64,000 nt of DNA from Antedon mediterranea (Eukaryota; Animalia; Echinodermata): positions 30,244,388 through 30,308,387 of the forward strand of contig NC_092670.1 in NCBI RefSeq assembly GCF_964355755.1, in the 5' to 3' direction. A program made the translations under genes and the position numbers. The notes beneath the pieces were generated by a model that was not told where the DNA came from, made no database searches, and saw only the letters and a program-made list of their open reading frames with translations. Of this stretch, positions 35,674 to 48,400 are shown piece after piece. Position 1 is the stretch's first letter. Every line of letters begins with the position of its first letter.

Positions 35674-37188
35674 TGTTGAATTTATGATATTAAACAATTT
35701 AAACTTTCTCATAAACATTGATTTTGAAGAACTTGACTACACCAAGAACGGCCAATTGGTCTAGTAGAATGAATCGCTTAGTGTGAGAGAGATCCCGGGT
35801 TCGGTTCATGGACGAGCCATGTGGAAATTATAATTGTAAACAATTTGAACTTTCTCATAAACATCCATATTGAAATCCACTATACCAAGAACGGGCAATA
35901 AATAAGTGGCTCGTTGGCCTAGTGGTATGATTCTCGCTTCGGGTGCGAGAGGTCCCGGGTTCGACTCCCGGACGAGCCCTGTTAAATTGAAAATGGTAAG
36001 CTTTGGTACTTTCTCGCCAAACAATAAAAATATCCACTTTACCACGAGTAAACAAAGCGTAGAGGGCTCGTTAGACTAGTATCATGATTCTCGCTTTGGC
36101 TGCGGGAGATCCCGGGTTCAGTTCCCGGATGAGCCCTGTTGAATATATAATTTTAAACATTTTTTATTTTCTTTTAAATATCCATATTGAAATCCACTAT
36201 ACAAAGAACAGCCAATAAATGAGTGACTCGTCGGTCCAGTGGTATTATTCTCGCTTAGAGTGCGAGAGGTTCCGGTTCAATTCCCGGACGAGTCCTGTTG
36301 AAGTAATAATTTTTAATAATTTGTATTTTCTTATAAATATCCATATTGAAATCCACTATACCAAGAAGAACAGCCAATAAATAAGTGGTTCGTTGGTCTA
36401 TTGGTATGATTCTCGCTTAGGGTGCGGGAGATCCCGGGTTCAATTCCCGGACGAGCCCTGTAAAATTTATAATTTTAAACAATTTGAACTTTCTCATAAA
36501 CATCCATATTGAAATCCACTATACCAAGAACAGGCAATAAATACGTGGCTCGTTGGTCTAGTGGTATGATTCTCACTTCGGGTGCGAGAGGTCCCGGGTT
36601 CGACTCCCGGACGAGCCCGGTTAAATTGAAAATGGTAAGCTTTGTTACTTTCTCGTCAAACAATGAAAATATCCACTTTACCACGAGTAAACAAAGCGTA
36701 GAGGGCTCGTTAGTCTAGTATCATGATTCTCGCTTTGGCTGCGGGAGATCCCGGGTTCAATTCCCGGATGAGCCCTGTTGAATTTATAATTTTAAACAAT
36801 TTTTATTTTCTTATAAATATCCATGTTGAAATCCACTATACAAAGAACAGCCAATAAATAAGTGGTTCGTTGGTCTAGTGGTATGATTCTCGCTTAGGGT
36901 GCGAGAGGTCCCGGGTTCAATTCCCGGACGAGCCCTGTAGAATTTATCATTTTAAACAATTTGAACTTTCTCATAAACATCAATTTTGAAGAAATCCACT
37001 AAACCAAAAACGGCCAACAAATGAGTGGCTCGTTGGTCTAGTGGTATGATTCTCGCTTAGGGTGCGAAAGGTTCCGGTTCATTTCCCGGACGAGCCCTGT
37101 AGAATTTATCATTTTAAACAATTTGAACTTTCTCATAAACATCAATTTTGAAGAAATCCACTAAACCAAAAACGGCCAACAAATGAGT

Positions 37189-37260
37189 GGCTCGTTGGTC
37201 TAGTGGTATGATTCTCGCTTAGTGTGCGAGAGGTCCCGGGTTCAATTCCCGGACGAGCCC
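37189..37260 (+). tRNA. tRNA-Pro body with Thr anticodon AGT
   Basis: Identical to Pro(AGG) except anticodon AGT at 37221-37223. Confidence 0.8.
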
Positions 37261-39398
37261 TGTTGAATTTATGATATTAAACAATTTAAACTTTCTCATA
37301 AACATTGATTTTGAAGAAATCGACTACACCAAGAACGGCCAATTGGTCTAGTAGAATGAATCGCTTAGTGTGAGAGAGATCCCGGGTTCGGTTCATGGAC
37401 GAGCCATGTGGAAATTATAATTGTAAACAATTTGAACTTTCTCATAAACATCCATATTGAAATCCACTATACCAAGAACGGGCAATAAATAAGTGGCTCG
37501 TTGGCCTAGTGGTATGATTCTCGCTTCGGGTGCGAGAGGTCCCGGGTTCGACTCCCGGACGAGCCCTGTTAAATTGAAAATGGTAAGCTTTGGTACTTAC
37601 TCGCCAAACAATAAAAATATCCACTTTACCACGAGTAAACAAAGCGTAGAGGGCTCGTTAGACTAGTATCATGATTCTCGCTTTGGCTGCGGGAGATCCC
37701 GGGTTCAGTTCCCGGATGAGCCCTGTTGAATATATAATTTTAAACATTTTTTATTTTCTTTTAAATATCCATATTGAAATCCACTATACAAAGAACAGCC
37801 AATAAATGAGTGACTCGTCGGTCCAGTGGTATTATTCTCGCTTAGAGTGCGAGAGGTTCCGGTTCAATTCCCGGACGAGTCCTGTTGAAGTAATAATTTT
37901 TAATAATTTGTATTTTCTTATAAATATCCATATTGAAATCCACTATACCAAGAAGAACAGCCAATAAATAAGTGGTTCGTTGGTCTATTGGTATGATTCT
38001 CGCTTAGGGTGCGGGAGATCCCGGGTTCAATTCCCGGACGAGCCCTGTACAATTTATAATTTTAAACAATTTGAACTTTCTCATAAACATCCATATTGAA
38101 ATCCACTATACCAAGAACAGGCAATAAATACGTGGCTCGTTGGTCTAGTGGTATGATTCTCACTTCGGGTGCGAGAGGTCCCGGGTTCGACTCCCGGACG
38201 AGCCCGGTTAAATTGAAAATGGTAAGCTTTGTTACTTTCTCGTCAAACAATGAAAATATCCACTTTACCACGAGTAAACAAAGCGTAGAGGGCTCGTTAG
38301 TCTAGTATCATGATTCTCGCTTTGGCTGCGGGAGATCCCGGGTTCAATTCCCGGATGAGCCCTGTTGAATTTATAATTTTAAACAATTTTTATTTTCTTA
38401 TAAATATCCATATTGAAATCCACTATACCAAGAACAGCCAATAAATAAGTGGTTCGTTGGTCTAGTGGTATGATTCTCGCTTAGGGTGCGGGAGACCCCG
38501 GGTTCAATTCCCGGACGAGCCCTGTACAATTTATAATTTTAAACAATTTGAACTTTCTCATAAACATCCATATTGAAATCCACTATACCAAGAACAGGCA
38601 ATAAATACGTGGCTCGTTGGTCTAGTGGCATGATTCTCGCTTCGGGTGCGAGAGGTCCCGGGTTCGACTCCCGGACGAGCCCTGTTAAATTGAAAATGGT
38701 TAGCTTTGTTACTTTCTCTTCAAACAATGAAAATATCCACTTTACCACGAGTAAACAAAGCGTAGAGGGCTCATTAGTCTAGTATCATGATTCTCGCTTT
38801 GGCTGCGGGAGATCCCGGGTTCAATTCTCGGATGAGCCCTGTTGAATTTATAATTTTAAACAATTTTTATTTTCTTATAAATATCCATATTGAAATCCAC
38901 TATACAAAGAACAGCCAATAAATGAGTGACTCGTCGGTCCAGTGGTATTATTCTCGCTTAGGGTGCGAGAGGTTCCGGTTCAATTCCCGGACGAGTCCTG
39001 CAGAATTTATCATTTTAAACAATTTGAACTTTCTCATAAACATCCATTTTGAAGAAATCCACTAAACCAAAAACGGCCAATAAATGAGTGGCTCGTTGGT
39101 CTAGTGGTATGATTCTCGCTTAGGGTGCGAGAGGTCCCGGGTTCAATTCCCGGACGAGCCCTGTTGAATTTATGATTTTAAACAATTTAAACTTTCTCAT
39201 AAACATTGATTTTGAAGAACTCCACTACACCAAGAACGGCCAATTGGTCTAGTAGAATGAATCGCTTAGTGTGAGAGAGATCCCGGATTCGATTACTGGA
39301 CGAGCCCTGTGGAAATTTTATTTGTAAACAATTTGAACTTTCTCATAAACATCCATATTGAAGAAATCCACTATACTAAGAAAGGCCAAAAAATAAGT

Positions 39399-39470
39399 GG
39401 TTCGTTGGTCTAGTGGTATGATTCTCGCTTTGGGTGCGAGAGGTCCCGGGTTCGACTCCCGGACGAGCCC
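39399..39470 (+). tRNA. tRNA-Pro(TGG), structurally intact
   Basis: 72 nt with G18G19 retained; anticodon TGG at 39431-39433. Confidence 0.85.
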
Positions 39471-42400
39471 TGTTAAATTGAAAATTGTAAGCTTTGATAC
39501 TTTCTCGTCAAACAATAATAATATCCACTTTACCACGAGTAAACAAAGCGTAGAGGGCTCTTTAGTCTAGTATCATGATTCTCGCTTTGGCTGCGGGAGG
39601 ACCCGGGTTTAATTCCCGGGAGGACCCGGGTTCAATTCCCGGACGAGCCCTGTACAATTTATAATTTTAAACAATTTGAACTTTCTCATAAACATCCATA
39701 TTGAAATCCACTATACCAAGAACGGGCAATAAATACGTGGCTCGTTGGTCTAGTGGCATGATTCCCGCTTCGGGTTCGAGAGGTCCCGGGTTTGACTCCC
39801 GGACGAGCCCTGTTAAATTGAAAATTGTAAGCTTTGGTACTTTCTCGTCAAACAATGATAATATCCAGTTTACCACGAGTAAACAAAGCGTAGAAGGCTC
39901 GTTGGTCTAGTTTCATGATTCGTGCTTTGGGTGCGAGAGGTCCCGGGTTAAATTCCCGGACGACCCCTATTGAATTTATAATTTTAAACAATTTAAACTT
40001 TCTCATAAACATCCATATTTAAATCCACTATACCAAGAACAAGCAATAAATAAGTGGCTTGTTGGTCTAGTGGTATGATTCTCGCTCCGGGTGCGAGAGG
40101 TCCCGGGTTCAACTCCCGGACGAGCCCTGTTAAATTTTAAGCTTTGGTACTTTCTCGTCAAACAATGATAACATCCACTTTACCACGAGTAAACAAAGAG
40201 TAGAGGGCTCGTTAGTCTAGTATCATGATTCTCGCTTTGGCTGCGGGAGGCTCCAGGTTCAGTTCCAGGATGAGCCATGTTGAATTTATAATTTTAAACA
40301 ATTTTTATTTTCTTATAAATATCCATGTTGAAATCCACTATACAAAGAACAGCTAATAAATGAGTGGCTCGTCGGTCTAGTGGTAAAATTCTCGCTTAGG
40401 GTGCGAGAGGTCCCGGTTCAATTCCCGGACGAGTCCTGCAGAATTTATTATCTTAAACAATTTGAACTTTCTCCTAAACATCCATTTTGAAGAAATCCAC
40501 TAAACCAAAAACGGCCAATAAATGAGTGGCTCGTTGGTCTAGTAGGATGATTCTTGCTTAGGGTGCGAGAGGTTCCGGTTCAATTCCCGGACGAGTCCTG
40601 TTGAAGTAATAATTTTTAATAATTTGTATTTTCTTATAAATATCCATATTGAAATCCACTATACCAAGAACAGCCAATAAATAAGTGGTTCGTTGGTCTA
40701 GTGGTATGATTCTCGCTTAGGGTGCGAGAGGTCCCGGGTTCAATTCCCGGACGAGCCCTGTACAATTTATAATTTTAAACAATTTGAACTTTCTCATAAA
40801 CATCCATATTGAAATCCACTATACCAAGAGCAGGCAATAAATACGTGGCTCGTTGGTCTAGTGGCATGATTCTCGCTTCGGGTGCGAGAAGTCCCGGGTT
40901 CGACTCCCGGACGAGCCCTGTTAAATTGAAAATGGTAAGCTTTGTTACTTTCTCGTCAAACAATGAAAATATCCACTTTACCACGAGTAAACAAAGCGTA
41001 GAGGGCTCGTTAGTCTAGTATCATGATTCTCGCTTTGGCTGCGGGAGATCCCGGGTTTAATTACCGGATGAGCCCTGTTGAATTTATAATTTTAAACAAT
41101 TTGAACTTTTTCATAAACATCCATTTTGAAGAAATCCACTAAACCAAAAACGGCCAATAAATGAGTGGTTCGTTGGTCTAGTGGTATGATTCTCGCTTAG
41201 GGTGCGAGAGGTCCCGGGTTCAATTCCCGGACGAGCCCTGTAGAATTTATCATTTTAAACAATTTGAACTTTTTCATAAACATCCATTTTGAAGAAATCC
41301 ACTAAACCAAAAACGGCCAATAAATGAGTGGCTCGTTGGTCTAGTGGTATGATTCTCGCTTAGGGTGCGAGAGGTCCCGGATTCAATTCCCGGACGAGCC
41401 CTGTTGAATTAAACAATTAAACATTTCTCATAAACATTGATTTTGAAGAACTCCACTACACCAAGAACGGCCAATTGGTCTAGTAGAATGAATCGCTTAG
41501 TGTGAGAGAGATCCCGGGTTCGGTTCATGGACGAGCCATGTGGAAATTATAATTGTAAACAATTTGAACTTTCTCTTAAACATCCATATTGAAATCCACT
41601 ATACCAAGAACGGGCAATAAATAAGTGGCTCGTTGGCCTAGTGGTATGATTCTCGCTTCGGGTGCGAGAGGTCCCGGGTTCGACTCCCGGACGAGCCCTG
41701 TTAAATTGAAAATGGTAAGCTTTGGTACTTTCTCGCCAAACAATAAAAATATCCACTTTACCACGAGTAAACAAAGCGTAGAGGGCTCGTTAGACTAGTA
41801 TCATGATTCTCGCTTTGGCTGCGGGAGATCCCGGGTTCAGTTCCCGGATGGGCCCTGTTGAATATATAATTTTAAACATTTTTTATTTTCTTTTAAATAT
41901 CCATATTGAAATCCACTATACAAAGAACAGCCAATAAATGAGTGACTCGTCGGTCCAGTGGTATTATTCTCGCTTAGGGTGCGAGAGGTTCCGGTTCAAT
42001 TCCCGGACGAGTCCTGTTGAAGTAATAATTTTTAATAATTTGTATTTTCTTATAAATATCCATATTGAAATCCACTATACCAAGAAGAATAGCCAATAAA
42101 TAAGTGGTTCGTTGGTCTATTGGTATGATTCTCGCTTAGGGTGCGGGAGATCCCGGGTTCAATTCCCGGACGAGCCCTGTACAATTTATAATTTTAAACA
42201 ATTTGAACTTTCTCATAAACATCCATATTGAAATCCACTATACCAAGAACAGGCAATAAATACGTGGCTCGTTGGTCTAGTGGTATGATTCTCGCTTCGG
42301 GTGCGAGAGGTCCCGGGTTCGACTCCCGGGCGAGCCCTGTTAAATTGAAAATGGTAAGCTTTGTTACTTTCTCGTCAAACAATGAAAATATCCACTTTAC

Positions 42401-45400
42401 CACGAGTAAACAAAGCGTAGAGGGCTCGTTAGTCTAGTATCATGATTCTCGCTTTGGCTGCGGGAGATCCCGGGTTCAATTCCCGGATGAGCCTGTTGAA
42501 TTTATAATTTTAAACAATTTTTATTTTCTTATAAATATCCATATTGAAATCCACTATACAAAGAACAGCCAATAAATGAGTGACTCGTCGGTCCAGTGGT
42601 ATTATTCTCGCTTAGGGTGCGAGAGGTTCCGGTTCAATTCCCGGACGAGTCCTGTTGAAGTAATAATTTTTAATAATTTGTATTTTCTTATAAATATCCA
42701 TATTGAAATCCACTATACCAAGAAGAATAGCCAATAAATAAGTGGTTCGTTGGTCTATTGGTATGATTCTCGCTTAGGGTGCGGGAGATCCCGGGTTCAA
42801 TTCCCGGACGAGCCCTGTACAATTTATAATTTTAAACAATTTGAACTTTCTCATAAACATCCATATTGAAATCCACTATACCAAGAACAGGCAATAAATA
42901 CGTGGCTCGTTGGTCTAGTGGTATGATTCTCGCTTCGGGTGCGAGAGGTCCCGGGTTCGACTCCCGGGCGAGCCCTGTTAAATTGAAAATGGTAAGCTTT
43001 GTTACTTTCTCGTCAAACAATGAAAATATCCACTTTACCACGAGTAAACAAAGCGTAGAGGGCTCGTTAGTCTAGTATCATGATTCTCGCTTTGGCTGCG
43101 GGAGATCCCGGGTTCAATTCCCGGATGAGCCTGTTGAATTTATAATTTTAAACAATTTTTATTTTCTTATAAATATCCATATTGAAATCCACTATACAAA
43201 GAACAGCCAATAAATGAGTGACTCCTCGGTCCAGTGGTATTATTCTCGCTTAGGGTGCGAGAGGTTCCGGTTCATTTCCCGGACGAGCCCTGTAGAATTT
43301 ATCATTTTAAACAATTTGAACTTTCTCATAAACATCCATTTTGAAGAAATCCACTAAACCAAAAACGGCCAACAAATGAGTGGCTCGTTGGTCTAGTGGT
43401 ATGATTCTCGCTTAGGGTGCGAGAGGTCCCGGGTTCAATTCCCGGACGAGCCCTGTTGAATTTATGATATTAAACAATTTAAACTTTCTCATAAACATTG
43501 ATTTTGAAGAACTCGACTACACCAAGAACGGCCAATTGGTCTAGTAGAATGAATCGCTTAGTGTGAGAGAGATCCCGGGTTCGGTTCATGGACGAGCCAT
43601 GTGGAAATTATAATTGTAAACAATTTGAACTTTCTCATAAACATCCATATTGAAATCCACTATACCAAGAACGGGCAATAAATAAGTGGCTCGTTGGCCT
43701 AGTGGTATGATTCTCGCTTCGGGTGCGAGAGGTCCCGGGTTCGACTCCCGGACGAGCCCTGTTAAATTGAAAATGGTAAGCTTTGGTACTTTCTCGCCAA
43801 ACAATAAAAATATCCACTTTACCACGAGTAAACAAAGCGTAGAGGGCTCGTTAGACTAGTATCATGATTCTCGCTTTGGCTGCGGGAGATCCCGGGTTCA
43901 GTTCCCGGATGAGCCCTGTTGAATATATAATTTTAAACATTTTTTATTTTCTTTTAAATATCCATATTGAAATCCACTATACAAAGAACAGCCAATAAAT
44001 GAGTGACTCGTCGGTCCAGTGGTATTATTCTCGCTTAGGGTGCGAGAGGTTCCGGTTAAATTCCCGGACGAGTCCTGTTGAAGTAATAATTTTTAATAAT
44101 TTGTATTTTCTTATAAATATCCATATTGAAATCCACTATACCAAGAAGAACAGCCAATAAATAAGTGGTTCGTTGGTCTAGTGGTATGATTCTCGCTTAG
44201 GGTGCGGGAGACCCCGGGTTCAATTCCCGGACGAGCCCTGTACAATTTATAATTTTAAACAATTTGAACTTTCTCATAAACATCCATATTGAAATCCACT
44301 ATACCAAGAACAGGCAATAAATACGTGGCTCGTTGGTCTAGTGGCATGATTCTCGCTTCGGGTGCGAGAGGTCCCGGGTTCGACTCCCGGACGAGCCCTG
44401 TTAAATTGAAAATGGTTAGCTTTGTTACTTTCTCTTCAAACAATGAAAATATCCACTTTACCACGAGTAAACAAAGCGTAGAGGGCTCATTAGTCTAGTA
44501 TCATGATTCTCGCTTTGGCTGCGGGAGATCCCGGGTTCAATTCCCGGATGAGCCCTGTTGAATTTATAATTTTAAACAATTTTTATTTTCTTATAAATAT
44601 CCATATTGAAATCCACTATACAAAGAACAGCCAATAAATGAGTGACTCGTCGGTCCAGTGGTATTATTCTCGCTTAGGGTGCGAGAGGTTCCGGTTCAAT
44701 TCCCGGACGAGTCCTGCAGAATTTATCATTTTAAACAATTTGAACTTTCTCATAAACATCCATTTTGAAGAAATCCACTAAACCAAAAACGGCCAATAAA
44801 TAAGTGGCTCGTTGGTCTAGTGGTATGATTCTCGCTTAGGGTGCGAGAGGTCCCGGGTTCAATTCCCGGACGAGCCCTGTTGAATTTATGATTTTAAACA
44901 ATTTAAACTTTCTCATAAACATTGATTTTGAAGAACTCCACTACACCAAGAACGGCCAATTGGTCTAGTAGAATGAATCGCTTAGTGTGAGAGAGATCCC
45001 GGATTCGATTACTGGACGAGCCCTGTGGAAATTTTATTTGTAAACAATTTGAACTTTCTCATAAACATCCATATTGAAGAAATCCACTATACTAAGAAAG
45101 GCCAAAAAATAAGTGGTTCGTTGGTCTAGTGGTATGATTCTCGCTTCGGGTGCGAGAGGTCCCGGGTTCGACTCCCGGACGAGCCCTGTTAAATTGAAAA
45201 TTGTAAGCTTTGATACTTTCTCGTCAAACAATAATAATATCCACTTTACCACGAGTAAACAAAGCGTAGAGGGCTCTTTAGTCTAGTATCATGATTCTCG
45301 CTTTGGCTGCGGGAGGACCCGGGTTTAATTCCCGGGAGGACCCGGGTTCAATTCCCAGACGAGCCCTGTACAGTTTATAATTTTAAACAATTTGAACTTT

Positions 45401-48400
45401 CTCATAAACATCCATATTGAAATCCACTATACCAAGAACGGGCAATAAATACGTGGCTCGTTGGTCTAGTGGCATGATTCCCGCTTCGGGTTCGAGAGGT
45501 CCCGGGTTTGACTCCCGGACGAGCCCTGTTAAATTGAAAATTGTAAGCTTTGGTACTTTCTCGTCAAACAATGATAATATCCAGTTTACCACGAGTAAAC
45601 AAAGCGTAGAAGGCTCGTTGGTCTAGTTTCATGATTCGTGCTTTGGGTGCGAGAGGTCCCGGGTTAAATTCCCGGACGACCCCTATTGAATTTATAATTT
45701 TAAACAATTTAAACTTTCTCATAAACATCCATATTTAAATCCACTATACCAAGAACAAGCAATAAATAAGTGGCTTGTTGGTCTAGTGGTATGATTCTCG
45801 CTCCGGGTGCGAGAGGTCCCGGGTTCAACTCCCGGACGAGCCCTGTTAAATTTTAAGCTTTGGTACTTTCTCGTCAAACAATGATAACATCCACTTTACC
45901 ACGAGTAAACAAAGAGTAGAGGGCTCGTTAGTCTAGTATCATGATTCTCGCTTTGGCTGCGGGAGGCTCCAGGTTCAGTTCCAGGATGAGCCATGTTGAA
46001 TTTATAATTTTAAACAATTTTTATTTTCTTATAAATATCCATGTTGAAATCCACTATACAAAGAACAGCCAATAAATGAGTGGCTCGTCGGTCTAGTGGT
46101 ATGATTCTCGCTTAGGGTGCGAGAGGTCCCGGTTCAATTCCCGGACGAGTCCTGCAGAATTTATTATCTTAAACAATTTGAACTTTCTCCTAAACATCCA
46201 TTTTGAAGAAATCCACTATACCAAAAACGGCCAATAAATGAGTGGCTCGTTGGTCTAGTAGGATGATTCTTGCTTAAGGTGCGAGAGGTTCCGGTTCAAT
46301 TCCCGGACGAGTCCTGTTGAAGTAATAATTTTTAATAATTTGTATTTTCTTATAAATATCAATATTGAAATCCACTATACCAAGAACAGCCAATAAATAA
46401 GTGGTTCGTTGGTCTAGTGGTATGATTCTCGCTTAGGGTGCGAGAGGTCCCGGGTTCAATTCCCGGACGAGCCCTGTACAATTTATAATTTTAAACAATT
46501 TGAACTTTCTCATAAACATCCATATTGAAATCCACTATACCAAGAACAGGCAATAAATACGTGGCTCGTTGGTCTAGTGGCATGATTCTCGCTTCGGGTG
46601 CGAGAAGTCCCGGGTTCGACTCCCGGACGAGCCCTGTTAAATTGAAAATGGTAAGCTTTGTTACTTTCTCGTCAAACAATGAAAATATCCACTTTACCAC
46701 GAGTAAACAAAGCGTAGAGGGCTCGTTAGTCTAGTATCATGATTCTCGCTTTGGCTGCGGGAGATCCCGGGTTTAATTCCCGGATGAGCCCTGTTGAATT
46801 TATAATTTTAAACAATTTTTATTTTCTTATAAATATCCATATTGAAATCCACTATACCAAGAACAGCCAATAAATAAGTGGTTCGTTGGTCTAGTGGTAT
46901 GATTCTCGCTTAGGGTGCGAGAGGTTCCGGGTTCAATTCCCGGACGAGCCCTGTAGAATTTATCATTTTAAACAATTTGAACTTTTTCATAAACATCCAT
47001 TTTGAAGAAATCCACTAAACCAAAAACGGCCAATAAATGAGTGGCTCGTTGGTCTAGTGGTATGATTCTCGCTTAGGGTGCGAGAGGTCCCGGATTCAAT
47101 TCCCGGACGAGCCCTGTTGAATTAAACAATTTAAAATTTCTCATAAACATTGATTTTGAAGAACTCCACTACACCAAGAACGGCCAATTGGTCTAGTAGA
47201 ATGAATCGCTTAGTGTGAGAGAGATCCCGTGTTCGGTTCATGGACGAGCCATGTGGAAATTATAATTGTAAACAATTTGAACTTTCTCATAAACATCCAT
47301 ATTGAAATCCACTATACCAAGAACGGGCAATAAATAAGTGGCTCGTTGGCCTAGTGGTATGATTCTCGCTTCGGGTGCGAGAGGTCCCGGGTTCGACTCC
47401 CGGACGAGCCCTGTTAAATTGAAAACGGTAAGCTTTGGTACTTTCTCGCCAAACAATGAAAATATCCACTTTACCACGAGTAAACAAAGCGTAGAGGGCT
47501 CGTTAGTCTAGTATCATGATTCTCGCTTTGGCTGCGGGAGATCCCGGGTTCAATTCCCGGATGAGCCCTGTTGAATATATAATTTTAAACAATTTTTATT
47601 TTCTTTTAAATATCCATATTGAAATCCACTATACAAAGAACAGCCAATAAATGAGTGACTCGTCGGTCCAGTGGTATTATTCTCGCTTAGGGTGCGAGAG
47701 ATCCCGGGTTCAATTCCCGGACGAGCCCTGTAGAATTTATCATTTTAAACAATTTGAACTTTTTCATAAACATCCATTTTGAAGAAATCCACTAAACCAA
47801 AAACGGCCAATAAATGAGTGGCTCGTTGGTCTAGTGGTATGATTCTCGCATAGGGTGCGAGAGGTCCCGGTTCAATTCCCGGACGAGTCCTGCAGAATGT
47901 ATTATTTTAAACAATTTGAACTTTCTCCTAAACATCCATTTTGAAGAAATCCACTAAACCAAAAACGGCCAATAAATGAGTGGTTCGTTGGTCTAGTGGT
48001 ATGATTCTCGCTTAGGGTGCGAGAGGTTCCGGTTCAATTCCCGGACGAGTCCTGTTGAAGTAATAATTTTTAATAATTTGTATTTTCTTATAAATATCAA
48101 TATTGAAATCCACTATACCAAGAACAGCCAATAAATAAGTGGTTCGTTGGTCTAGTGGTATGATTCTCGCTTAGGGTGCGAGAGGTCCCGGGTTCAATTC
48201 CCGGACGAGCCCTGTACAATTTATCATTTTAAACAATTTGAACTTTCTCATAAACATCCAATTTGAAGAAATCCACTAAACCAAAAACGGCCAATAAATG
48301 AGTGGCTCGTTGGTCTAGTGGTATGATTCTCGCTTAGGGTGCGAGAGGTCCCGGATTCAATTCCCGGACGAGCCCTGTTGAATTAAACAATTTAAAATTT

